A stretch of DNA of 63,998 nucleotides, counting the filler, from Choristocarpus tenellus KU-1152 (lineage: Eukaryota > Protista > Phaeophyceae), in NCBI GenBank assembly GCA_964200185.2. It is 12 parts of 12 records of this genome, joined end to end, with 100 filler letters (N's around TTAATTAATTAA, not from the genome) between each part and the next. Parts side by side here need not be neighbours in the genome. Positions count along the whole stretch, not along the records: positions 30,939 to 39,491 come from CAXNAD020004593.1; positions 39,592 to 43,638 come from CAXNAD020016493.1; positions 43,739 to 52,718 come from CAXNAD020004133.1; 9 more parts are not named here. One strand, given 5' to 3'. Below the pieces are notes generated by a model. It ran no database searches and had not been told where the DNA came from. It worked only from the letters and a program-made list of their open reading frames with translations. How positions within the stretch are numbered: the stretch's first letter is position 1; each line of letters begins with the position of its first letter. Shown here in pieces: positions 35,236-46,900 of the stretch. The position numbers and the translations under genes were made by a program.

Positions 35236-36749
35236 GATAGTTAATGTACTTAACATCAAAGTAGCGCAACTAAGATCACCCTAGCCACCAGCACCACCAC
35301 CACCACTGTCTGCTGAATGTTGTTTCCTTTATTAGGGCTGATTTCTCTTTCATACGTTATTCATGTTTTTTGTTCTCTTTCCCTTTTTTTTGGGGGGGGG
35401 GCAGTCGTATCTTTTCTACTACAGATTCTTTCTTTTTCTTTTTCTTTATTTCCGTTTTCTATTCTCTGTATTTTTTTTCCCGGTGGTTTGTTGTTCTTTC
35501 ATGAATCTTGTTGCCTTTCTCAAGCAGTGTGTATTGCCTTCTTTGGAGTACCTTTTGACCATGAGTCTGGGATGCCTCAGACTACTGTGATGTTAAATTA
35601 TTACTCACAAGACAACGCCCTCAAAATATTTTATCAAAAAGGGATCAACGGGCCTAGGAAAACTCACGTGCTGTTGTTGCCCTCGTCGGTGGTGATAGCA
35701 TATAGTTACCACTAGGCTTCTGCGCATGCTTGTACATGAGCGTAGCCATAAAGGCACATGCTACAATAGAACACTACTTATAACTCCCTTAGGAGACCTA
35801 CGAGCGTTAGCAGTTTTAGTGACACGATGATGGTGTCATTAATGATCCTTGTAATGTGTATCCAACATCATTTTCACACGTTTGTGCAGAGCTACATCTC
35901 GAAGGGTATCAGGATGTGTGATATGAAACAACAATAATATTGACAGTTAGTGTTGAGGAGAGGGTTCAAACACCCATCGAAAATAAAATATATAGTATAT
36001 TCTTGAAACGGTCAAATCCAGAAAAAAGTTGACTACCTGTTGTGCAGAGTAACAACAAGAGGAGTGGGAAAGGGCCACATCATTCTCCTCGGCAATACCA
36101 CCAAAAACCTCCATAACAGTAGAACACGATGGCAATAGAGGTTTACCACCACTAGGTGAGACTGCATCATTTTGTACCTTCCACGACCTACTCCGCGACA
36201 GATCCCTGATTTGAGAATTCCAATAATGATTTGATAGACAATAATATACTGGGAGATTTTTGGATACATCAACACGTCAGTCAGAAGATGGATTGAATTT
36301 TTTCTCGTCGACGTTCCGAATATAACCTCCATCGAGCTCATCTCGATCGTTCAAATCGCTCTTAGACAGTCACTAAACAACGTTCACGTGATTTGCATCA
36401 TTTCTCGTCGTGGAGGGGGCTTCCACTGCCATAACTGACATGTGTTCTCAAATCCCACTCCTCCGTCTTGTCCAATTTTCACAAGAAAATGACAAACCGC
36501 TGCAATGGGACGGTGAAGGCTGTTCTGTGACGACGATGTGGTGGAAGGATGAGGCCAGAGGTATTGAGTTCTCGCAGTTTCGTCAGATACTTCAGCGTAT
36601 GTACGAAGTGCTCTGACTAATTTGCCTTTGTTTGGTTTATGCGTCCTGTGTACATATATCTTCTTGAAAAGGAGATCACAAAAAAAACTTCAAGACCCTG
36701 TGGCATTGCAGCTGTATGATCCTCTTTCCACTGAGGTAACATTTGGATA

Positions 36750-38890
36750 TCTCCCGTTTTACAAGTCTTGGAATCCCAAGAAGGAGTCTAACGCTTAAGA
36801 AGGGGATGCCTTCAATATATCGCTTAGTCTGCCAAGTATGTTTATTTACTATTACTTTGTGCTGGATGATGAATATGCTGTGCTGAGGGTATCCTCTCAC
36901 ACTCGCGCTGCAGTTTCTCGAAAGGATCTTGCATATACTTGCTCTTTAGCAATATCTGCCAGCAAAAACTCCACTACAATGAGCAACAATTCTGCTGTGC
37001 AGTCCCTTCTGCAGCGAAAGGGCTAAGAAGGTCCAAAAGAGGTGAGAGGAGAGAAACCTCTGTTGTTTCAGGGAAAGAAAGTTGAAAGCTCAAGCTCACC
37101 CCAAGTTGCAGCGTGTCATCTATATACTTCCTCCCCCTTTCCATAACTCTACGCTCCCTGATCTTTTTTGTAGGATCTCTTGAACTTGATGGTTGTATAC
37201 TTGTTCCTGCTTTCTCTCTCTTGTACTCAACCCTGGTGTGACACACTCCTCAGTATAGCTTATGAGGCAGCCTACTGGAGATCCTTATCTGCTCCCCTTC
37301 CATATCCTTCCCTACCCTCCCCCCCAACTAGATTATCCTATTCCAGCTCGTCTTCCACACTCCTCATAACTGGGTAGCATTGGTAACGTGATCTCTTGTT
37401 TTAGACCTGATAACTTCCTCGACTTTTCTTTGCACGGTTTGGGTTCAACAACAATGCAATGTGCATCAGGGAGGAAGAAAGGCTCTGCGTTCAACTTGAC
37501 ACGTGTCAAAATGCTATGTTGTTGATATATTTCTATTTGACATGAAATGCTTCTCTACTTTGCTTCCGATAATGGTCCATCCATGCAAGGAAAGTATGTC
37601 GGATTTATGGCTAGCATCCTAATGGTTTGCTCTCAGCGGTGTCCCTTGTGAGCCTAGGATACCGTTTCTCCTAGCAGCTGTATGCTATAACCCACAAAAG
37701 AGTGATATATCAATCAATGACCAATAATTTTTTGTTCTAATTCGTTACTCCAGTCGCTGCAATAATCAACTCTTCCAACCCTACATCATGATGAAGCCTT
37801 CACCACATCTGAATGTATGTTGATACCCTCAGTAGAAGGGAGAGAAGAACCATGTGTTGACTCTGTCCTGTTCTCGTGCTTCAAGATCTTTTAAACGAAG
37901 TCAAAAGGATTCAGTGGAAGCAGTAGGGACGGAGACTGCAGGGGTAGAAGTCGAGCATGAGGAGGTGAAAGGGAGTGGAGAGAAGTCAAGGGCGGAGGGA
38001 AGAGAGATGGAAGGCGCAAGGTACAAAGTGGAGGAGGATCTGTAGGATAAGGAGGGGGCTCGGAGACTTCTCAGTGGACGTGGTGGAGGTGGCTAGGGTG
38101 GAGATGACGGATGAAGGCGGAAGAAGGATGGAGGTGACATGGGTGGAGGGTCAAGGGGCGGAAGTAGTGGGGTTGCCAGCTCTCCACCCTCTGTTGCCTC
38201 CTCAGCTGAAAACTCCCAACTTTGCTGTCTCTACCCCTGCTGCAGCATCCACCACCACCTCCACCCGCACCATCTCCACCCTACTGCCTTCATCCCCTTT
38301 GTCTGCCACTCCACCATTTCCACTCCTGCTGCCTCCCCACCACCTTCCGCTACCGTATCCATCCCCTTTGCCTGCAATCCTGTCACTTCCGCTCCCACCA
38401 CCTCCAACTCTATCACCTCTTCAAGGGATGTCTCGAGGCCCCCCTCCTCGTCCTGCAGCTCCTCCTTCACTTCCTCCCTTGCCCCATCCACTTCCGTTTC
38501 CTCTACCAACACCACCTCTCCACCCTCTGCCACCTCCTAATGGGCCACTTCCATGCCTGTCACACTCACCACAACATCCATCCCTGACACCGCAATCCTC
38601 TTTGACTACAATCCCCACTACATCCACCCCCACTGTGGGACGAGAAGAATGTAGGACGAGCAGCTAGACGAGGCCAAACCCAAGCGGATATGGCGGAGGT
38701 CAAAGTGGGGGTGCATGGAGGTGGGCAATGAGGAGGTGGCAGAGGGTGAAGAGGTTGAAAGGGCATCGGAGATGGAGGAGGAAATGGTAAGGGAGGGGGG
38801 GATGAAGGTGGAGTTCGCCATCTCTCCACCCTCTGCCGCCACATCATGGGAGATTGTTGCACCTGATGTCTCCACCCCCGTCACATCCAC
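36750..38890 (-). pseudogene. Decayed long ORF, possibly transposon-derived, with a foldback low-complexity N-terminal part
   Basis: Coding-like fragments broken by stops and frameshifts: ...STESF*LRLKDLEAREQDRV; PFRCRRDCTAELLLIVVEFL; WQTKRYIEGIPFLSVRLLLGIP. The resemblance to a Sola-type N-terminus is weak. Confidence 0.3.
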
Positions 38891-40835
38891 TGTTAAAACA
38901 TAGGCTACTCATCTGTTTGTTCCTTGGTACAATACAGTTCCACCAGTCAACACTGGCTGTTGATTGNNNNNNNNNNCACATCAACTACAATCAGATCACC
39001 TTAGTACAGAACATCACTCTGCGTTCCACACAAATAGTATAGTATAGTATACATCACTTTAGTTGCATCACATATTGTTTCGACTTTGTTCTGTTGTTCT
39101 CTTGTTTGTATTTCTTTCACTCTTTCTTCTTATCAGCAGAAGATGAGAGTTGTACGTTGATGATTATTATTTCTTTCATGACTGTAATTGATCCCTCAAA
39201 TTGCACCAAACTCACTCTGCAAACTGTGTACCAAACTCACTCATGGATGTAATATAATCAGAGTTAAAACCATCCGCAGAAACCCTTGCCAGCCAAGGTA
39301 ACAAGCCTCTCCACAGACTATGGATTTCTTTCGTTGAGTATCACATGAAAGAACACTGAATTCACATCTCATCATTCTGGATTGAGCAACCAAAAATACT
39401 GAATTCAATCGCATCATTCTTGACTGAGATATCAATGACCGGATCAATCACACCTATCCATAACATAGACTACGCATATCACTCGTCGGTGNNNNNNNNN
39501 NNNNNNNNNNNNNNNNNNNNNNNNNNNNNNNNNNNTTAATTAATTAANNNNNNNNNNNNNNNNNNNNNNNNNNNNNNNNNNNNNNNNNNNNAGTCCCCCC
39601 CCCAACACAAAATAAACAGATGTGGGGGGGGGGGGGGGGGGGGGGGGGGGAGTAGGTCGATTGGTTGCTGTGCGTGTAGTGGATGTGTTGTGTTTAATCG
39701 TGGTATGAGTAATGTTAAAACCCGCTAAGCAGTCTCATGTTATTTCATACACGCAACCACCAAGCCTTAATCCACATTACTTCTCTTAAAAATTGTAGGA
39801 AACAATAAAAATGAACTGAAAGGAGAAGAGAGTATATATTTATTTGCTTCAATGTAAGGATATCTACACTTTTCCTGTGCTTGTGAAGCAGCAGAGCCTT
39901 GAGGAAATTAAGTGCCCTTTTTTGTAATCAGGGTAGACGGCAGATACTTGCCTAGGAGGGAAGGGTCACTGTAGTATGACTGCTAGTGATGCACGTATCA
40001 CACAAATGCAAGCCAACTGCTGAACACATCTTAACATTATGGGAATGGCAATCATGTTGGTCCCTGGAGGAATTAGCGAAAGAAACTGGAAGAAGGTGAC
40101 ATAATTATGACCAAAACATACAGCTTTTGCTGAATTGCAAAACAAACCCACAGGAAGATGTGTGAGGGGTTTCGGCTACTGCAAGTGTTGAGTCATTATG
40201 CAGAGTTAGGTCGTGAGGACAAAAACGCATCATAAAATGATCCTTGTGCCCTGTTGATGGGCGTATTGGATCAAATCTTGAGGTCAAATATTCCCTCTAG
40301 TTTGCGAAGGATTCTGAGGCCATATGTCCTGCTTTTGCCTTTTGAATGTTGCATCATGTTCCATTTTGAAAAAAATTGAGGGCAATCGGTGCAGGGATCA
40401 CTATGGTTCAACGTCCTTGCTTGAACACATTTAGGTCAAATATCACTATTAAGGGCTTCATGCAGAGTCCTGGTACCAAGAAGGTGCATATCGTTGTTGA
40501 TCCGTCTGACCATCAAGTACCAAGCAGAACAAGCAGGACAAATGCTAGGGCATCTCACGACGTGCTATGAAAACTTTCCAAACCGGTGTCCCTCATGACA
40601 CATATTCGATTAGATCCTAAAAATAGCACACGAAAACTTCATGTAGCAAAGAGAGTTACCTTACGGACAAGATAGTCCCGGAGAAAGGAGGCCAGGGGTA
40701 ATCTTAGTGTTTAAAACAAAAAAATGGGCGGCACCCACACTCTTTTCTATCTGCATCTCACCTGGCAAAAATGTTCATTCCACATATCAATTAAATGATC
40801 TAACTTTCCGTACTACCATGGCATAGGAATCTCAC

Positions 40836-40947
40836 ATGCGCTCGCTAGCAGGAAGCCGTCAGGAGAGAATTTCACAGCAGCAACTGCCCGACGATGGTAT
40901 CCGCATATGAGCTTCTTCTGGTAGGAACAAGGAGATATCTTGGGCAT
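40836..40947 (-). CDS. WD40-repeat protein, WDR5-like, exon 1
   Basis: MPKISPCSYQKKLICGYHRRAVAAVKFSPDGFLLASA|gtgag resembles the first WDR5 repeat (H.kAVssVKFSP.G.wLAS). Later exons were not identified. Confidence 0.7.
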
Positions 40948-41438
40948 GATTGGAAGGAAACGCGAAACTAATAGATAAGATCTCCTTGTGGAAGAAACGA
41001 CCAGCAGTACCCCTCCAGGACGGATTTCACTTGACTGCGATCTGGCTCCCTCCAAAGATGAGGGGGTGCCCTGTTGTGAGTCCCTCGGAAAGTGTTGTGT
41101 GGGGGAGTTTGAGAGCTAAACGAACGAAATTTAGCTCTACCCTAGCTTTGTGATCAAGCTAGGGCGAGGTGTGCAACTCCTGGGGGGACGGTGCAGTGTG
41201 GGAAAGGTTGGAGAGTAGACACCTAATACCTCAATGTCAATCTGGTGTTGGTTTGACCAAATAACAACATTTGTGAACACTGAAAATTAGTATACAGACA
41301 ACCCGAATCAATAAACATAACTATATTTTGAATTACGCATTTTGATTGGATTTCAATTTTAAGATTCATCCCTGTTTATCCGAACGAAGTTCGAGACTTA
41401 CAGGTCCCTGGACGCGGCACTCTAGTGTCCGAGTGTCT
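40948..41438. promoter_or_regulatory. Probable bidirectional promoter region
   Basis: 491 bp between two divergent ATGs; no specific motif identified. Confidence 0.5.
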
Positions 41439-41886
41439 ATGAGCAGTGAAGAACAACGCAATAGTCACCCAGCAAAACGCTCTCGAACTAACACCACCTT
41501 GTCGTCTTCGCAAACACAAACCATGTCTGAGAGTAAGTTCTTCAGCTATCCGTGTAGGCATCGCAATCGTAATCACCTGACCCTAAATCTATTCGTTGCC
41601 TTTGGCTTAATGGCTTTGTGATATGGCATGGTTTATAGTAAAACGTTCGTGTGACCATTTAGTTGTGGTGCATTCTTTATTGATCTGTAATAATGAGATA
41701 TTCGCTTTCCAACCCCCACACCTACCCGACCTGCAGCGGTCTCACAATGAATCATCCCACGCATGTCCCTATCCTCTTTTATTCTTCCTGAACGAAGGCA
41801 ATGGATATGAGTACGACCTGGCCGTGATTGGGGGGGGATCTGGTGGATTGGCAATGTCCAAGAAAGCTGCTTCCTTCGGAAAAAAG
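41439..41886 (+). CDS. Pyridine nucleotide-disulfide oxidoreductase, most like high-Mr thioredoxin reductase; exons 41439-41532 and 41798-41886
   Basis: ...TQTMSE|SNGYEYDLAVIGGGSGGLAMSKKAASFGKK carries the FAD-binding YDLxVIGGGSGGLAxxKxAA motif; exon phases are compatible. The CVNVGC exon is not in this contig. Confidence 0.8.
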
Positions 41887-43760
41887 GTCTCTTCACGATC
41901 TACTGTATTCCCTCTTCTCTTCGTCTAACTTTCCCCCCCGTTATGTTGCCCGTTTCATATGGGGTCTTCCAGGGGATATATTGCAACGTCGATTACGATC
42001 TAGAACTGGGTATAATGAACGGTGGATTATCACCCTTTTTGTGTGGCACAAATCTGCAGACCAGGACATCCCTTGAATGGACCCAGCGTACTATCGGTTT
42101 GTAGGTATCCAGAACAGACCCCTAGACGTGTACCGAGTCACTAATCGAAGTGCATGTGGTAATATGAGATGCGCTGTTTCACCAACCGGCATTTTTTGTG
42201 CATGATTTATCCTTGCTAAGGACAGCAACCTGCATATTTTGTGTGGACCCCAACTTGACTCTTCTTCCTTCAAGTTGCTGCTTTCTCTCGGTATATGCCG
42301 CAGCGAGCAAATGCGATACATTGTAACAAGTACAGCTAAGACAAGAAAACAACTAGTTTCCCGTTTTTTTGAGCGGTTAAGTGAAATGACAAGTGCCCTG
42401 GAACAATCGCACTGAACGGAAAAATCGTGTCACCTAGAAAGCTGTCAAGTTGCACACTACAATGATTGGTTGAACTTGCAATACAAACAGCCACCTGTGG
42501 CAACAACTACAGCTGAAAGTCCCAAAGGAATGTTGTGAAGCTTTACTTTTCAAGTCCTGCTTACTTCCTGAACTTCAGTGTCATTGCTTAGACAGTGTTT
42601 TGAGATGGATGAAAGAAGACTCTTATCAAAGATTGATCCGAATGTGCAACTATTGTACTGGGACAAAGGCCCTGATTGAATAGCTTCCAGCACGCCTGCT
42701 AGATCCATCTGCCTACAGGAGTGAACAACAGTAACTGTGTGGCGCTCCTTTACATCTCTTCAAAAACGTGTTTGTAAGGGTGATGCAATGGCCTTTGTGA
42801 CAAGGTAGTCTTGACCTCCTAACCTCCACATACCCTGGCGGGGATAAGGTTTGCTACGTTTCATCATTGTGTGTATGAGTGTTCTTGTGGTTCTTCCCAT
42901 ACACCAATGTGCTGCTTGTAACACAGAAGAATGCAAGTTTGTTTTTATTGACTTCATTCAATTTGGGACAGTACATGTTTTAACAAACACCTCAGCTGAT
43001 TCATCCATTCCCTTTGTCTCTCGACAAACTCCTCAGCTGATTAACTCCTCCTGTGTGTATGATCTAAGTAGCAGGAAGGAATGTAATTTTTTCTCCCTTT
43101 GCCGTCCGTGCATTCCTCTCCGGATGTCATTGCACACCACTCTTTCCTGCTTGGATACAGTGTGTGTAAACATCTGAGTAGGCACTCAAAACTTCCTCTG
43201 TAGGTGCATGTGAACAGGACAAAGTGCTGACGCGGTACCATCACTGTACCGTACAGTACACTACCTCTCCCGGTACCATCACTGAAAAAAAAGAACTCAC
43301 TCCAACAGTAACGACGTTCTAACGAGACTATTTGTTTCTTTTTCTTTTGCCGCACATTTGTTTTCGAACAATGTATCTATATTTATCTATCTATATATAT
43401 ATATATATATCTTCGGGCTTAACACACAGCGGCCTTCATCTTTCAATACGCCTGATCCAATCCCTCGAGAAGAAGTACCGTGCCACGCGTATGCACAAAC
43501 TGCTGGCATATTTCTTTGAAATTTCTCGCGGATGTCAACGACTTGTTAAGATATATCTCCATCCCCCCCCCCCCCCCCCCCCCCCCCCCTCTCCCCATCC
43601 CCCCTCATCCCTTTTCTTCCCCCCCCACCCATCCTCTTNNNNNNNNNNNNNNNNNNNNNNNNNNNNNNNNNNNNNNNNNNNNTTAATTAATTAANNNNNN
43701 NNNNNNNNNNNNNNNNNNNNNNNNNNNNNNNNNNNNNNGTCCTACCGCCTCTCTTCAAAC

Positions 43761-43772
43761 TGGAGGGATTAC
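43761..43772 (+). promoter_or_regulatory. Putative primer-binding site
   Basis: ...CTTCA-AAC-TGGAGGGATTAC: TGG shortly after a CA end, upstream of the gag-like ORF. Confidence 0.4.
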
Positions 43773-43810
43773 TCCTTGTTCACCCTAACATATAGGATTG
43801 GTTTCTAGAT

Positions 43811-43911
43811 CCACCTGGGTTGATTTCCTTGTTCCACCTGGATTGTTTTCTTGCTCCACCTGGATTGTTTTCTAGTTCCACCTGGGTTGGTTTCTTGCCC
43901 TAGCTGGGTTT
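43811..43911 (+). repeat. 21-22-bp tandem repeat x~5 in the element leader
   Basis: ccacctgg(g/a)ttg.tttc.t.g.t units. Confidence 0.9.
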
Positions 43912-46900
43912 GTGGTCTTCATTCGTCGTCTACAGGATTTCCTCCCTGGACTGGTGGTCTCCATGGGTCTGAGGGCTTATGTGGCTCTGAGGGAATTGTC
44001 CCTCTCTAGCCGTAAAACGAGTGGCCTCTGATCACCACATCACTTGCCTATAGTCATAGAATGAGTGGTCTTTGATCACCAAGGCCAAGACATTGCCTAG
44101 GTAGTCAATTGTTCCACGTTCCTTTACTCACATATTGTTGCTCGCTTTTGGTTGCCATCTTGCTCTTTATTTCCCAAGTCGATCAACATGTCTGGGTCAC
44201 AGCATTCGCACGAAGCTGAGGTCGCCTCCAACGTACAGAGCCTCCAAGGAATCGATGATGCCGAGAGATTCCAGCCCAGTACCACAACTCAAAGCAATTC
44301 TGGTCACAACCGTGCCCACAATGCTGGACGTCGAGACAGGCGCAGAGAGCACGTTCGTTTTCGGTCTTCCACTCGTGGCAGATCCCGCTCCAGGTCAAGA
44401 TCCCGCTCCAGGTCAAGATCCCGGGACAGGCGCTCTCACCGGGACGGACGGGAGGCTAGAAAAGAACGCAGAGGTTGCACTCGTTCACCGCGTCGTCACT
44501 GTTGGACCAGTGATTATTATTCTTCACACAGGTCTGTATCAGCCAGATCATCTGAAAGGCATAGCCTGAGTACGGTACGTCAGTTCAGAGAGGTTGAGGC
44601 AGATTTGCGAAGGGAAATTCATGAGTTACGTGCACGAGCTGAGTCGCATGAGTCACAACCCGATAGACAAGAGCGCAACCTCGACATGCGTTATCATCAG
44701 GATTGTGTTAAAACCATGGAGCGCATTCATAGGAAACTCGGAGACCCTGCTAAAGGCCCCGTCTTTCTTGGAGTACCTGCAGATAACTCCGCCCCAACCA
44801 TGTCAAACAATCCCGTTTTTTTCGCTGACGCTCTCACCAAGGCTTTAGGGAGGGTTCAAGGAGGATCGTGGGCCTTACCCAAAGACCGTCCACTATCGTA
44901 ATACATCACGCCCATGTATTGACGCCCTTAACCCTTTCCGCATCGAGCTTCTTGAGCAACTGCTGTCTGACTCTCTTAGGACCCACAGTGATCTCTTAAG
45001 CGACTCACCTACAGTGGAAGTCCCGAGCGACTCCTTCGAGTTCCTAGGGAAGACATGACAGCAACGGAGTGGGTTCGAATCTTGGTGAGAGAATGCACTC
45101 TTTCTTATAGTCAATCGAAGAATGCCGTAAAGAACGCAATGAGTTCTTTAAGGACCGAGAGAGAGAATCGTGGAAAGCTGCAGTTGGAGGTATATAGCTG
45201 AAGATCAACTTATTGATCTATGTGAAAGAGCTCTTCCTATTCTTCCCAATGTTCTAGATAAGATTGGAGTGCAGTCGATGGCATTTTCATTTCGAAAGGA
45301 GATTCGGAGTCAAATTCGCCCACTGGCAATTTCCCAGAACAATCCTTTAGAAGATGAAATGATACAGCGGGGAATTAAGGCAGAACAGATATTTGACGAT
45401 CTTATCAAAGAATTCTCCAATCGTAGCGACCAGTATGCATTTGTCCCAACCAATCAAAATGCTACAAAATCTGCGTCGTACAAAGATAGGACATCCCCTG
45501 CTTTAGGTAGCATGGCTAACGCTCGTGCAATGTTTGCAAGCATGTCCGACCCTTTGTCTGCCCCAGTTGAAGCCCTGATAGGAGGACAGGAACCGGAAAT
45601 ATCCCAACACAGCAAGACATCCTTATCGCGAGAGGTGCCAAGCCAGAATCCACCACCACACCAAGAAGTGGTCAACAGTGTGTTGGTAGCCCTCGCACCG
45701 ATGCTCCAACCTGTTTTGTCCCAAAACCCCTGCCCACTGTCTGTGCTACGCTGACAAACCAGCCTGCTTCTGCTCTTGGGAAATATGGGACTACGTTCGT
45801 TTCGAAGAGCAATGTATCCACACCCGTTCGACCATCAACCCCTGCCACCCAGTCTGTTCCCCGATCCTCTATAACCACAGACAGAGCGAGCGATGCAGGT
45901 CGACACCATTCGGGTAAGGATTTTCGTTCACCATCTGCTTCCCAAGATGAGGTTGTCGAGTGGGTCAAGGCACATCGAGTTTGCTTTCATCACACTTTTG
46001 TTCGCGATTGCTTGAAGCCTATTGGCCGCAGGTGTAGGTATACTCCTGACGACTCCATAGTTCCTAAAGGTTACTTTGCATATCTTTCCCGAGACAAGCA
46101 AAGTACCACCCCAGCTAATGAGTACGATGGTAGCCTTGACAGATTCCCATTTGCATTACCTCGCCACGATGCAAGACTTTGAGTTCCTGCCACTATTTGC
46201 AAGCAGCCCGACTGATTCTGAAGTACCCGAGTTGCCCTGAGGGTACACCCTGGGGTCTTCAGCTCCAGGGAACTTAGACACTGTAGCCATAGGAAGCATG
46301 GCCCCCACACCCACCTCGACAATATCCACTATGTCAACTGCCCAACGAACGAGACAAGTATGGCTATCTGCACTACTATGGCACCCTCGCAAAGTCCGCT
46401 CGAGAATGGCTGTACAGATACTCCTTGACACAGGTGCAGGAGGTGGGAACTACATTTCGTCTGCTTTTGGCGCAGTACTACTCTCTGGGGAGGTAGCACA
46501 GGCCTACCACACCTTAACCAAACCGGTAAAGGAACGTTGCATGTAGCAACCCCGAAAGGGTGCAAGACTCCACGTATGCAGGTATTGGGGTCTTGCATAC
46601 TGCCGATATTGTTTCCCCCAGAGGATAGAGTCCGCAATGTGACATTTAGGTTAGTGGAGGGCTTACCTTATGGGATGGTTCTAGGAGCAGCATTCTGTAG
46701 GCAGAACAAGAGTATATTTTCATTTAGAGGAGGGGAAGGCTTTCGACCAGCTCCAAACTCGCCATGGATACCTTTTGTTCGAGCTGCGAAACCCCGATCT
46801 CGTGATAACGATAAACACCTGTCAACCCTAGGAGAGTGGCAAGCATCAATGACACCCACAACCCGACCATCCAGGTACCACAGACTGCCCCTCAGTAACC

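Noticed and set aside
37975-38667. 230-aa Pro-rich + strand ORF as an extensin-like gene
   Set aside because: It is a by-product of the low-complexity foldback region, where several frames are open on both strands.
43140-43177. DTVCVNI as the CVNVGC active-site exon of the reductase
   Set aside because: It lacks the GGT prefix and the second Cys, and is followed by a stop.
43811-43911. CRISPR-like array (also considered 3832-4067 and 57780-57941)
   Set aside because: These are head-to-tail tandem repeats without unique spacers, with no cas genes and in a eukaryotic context.
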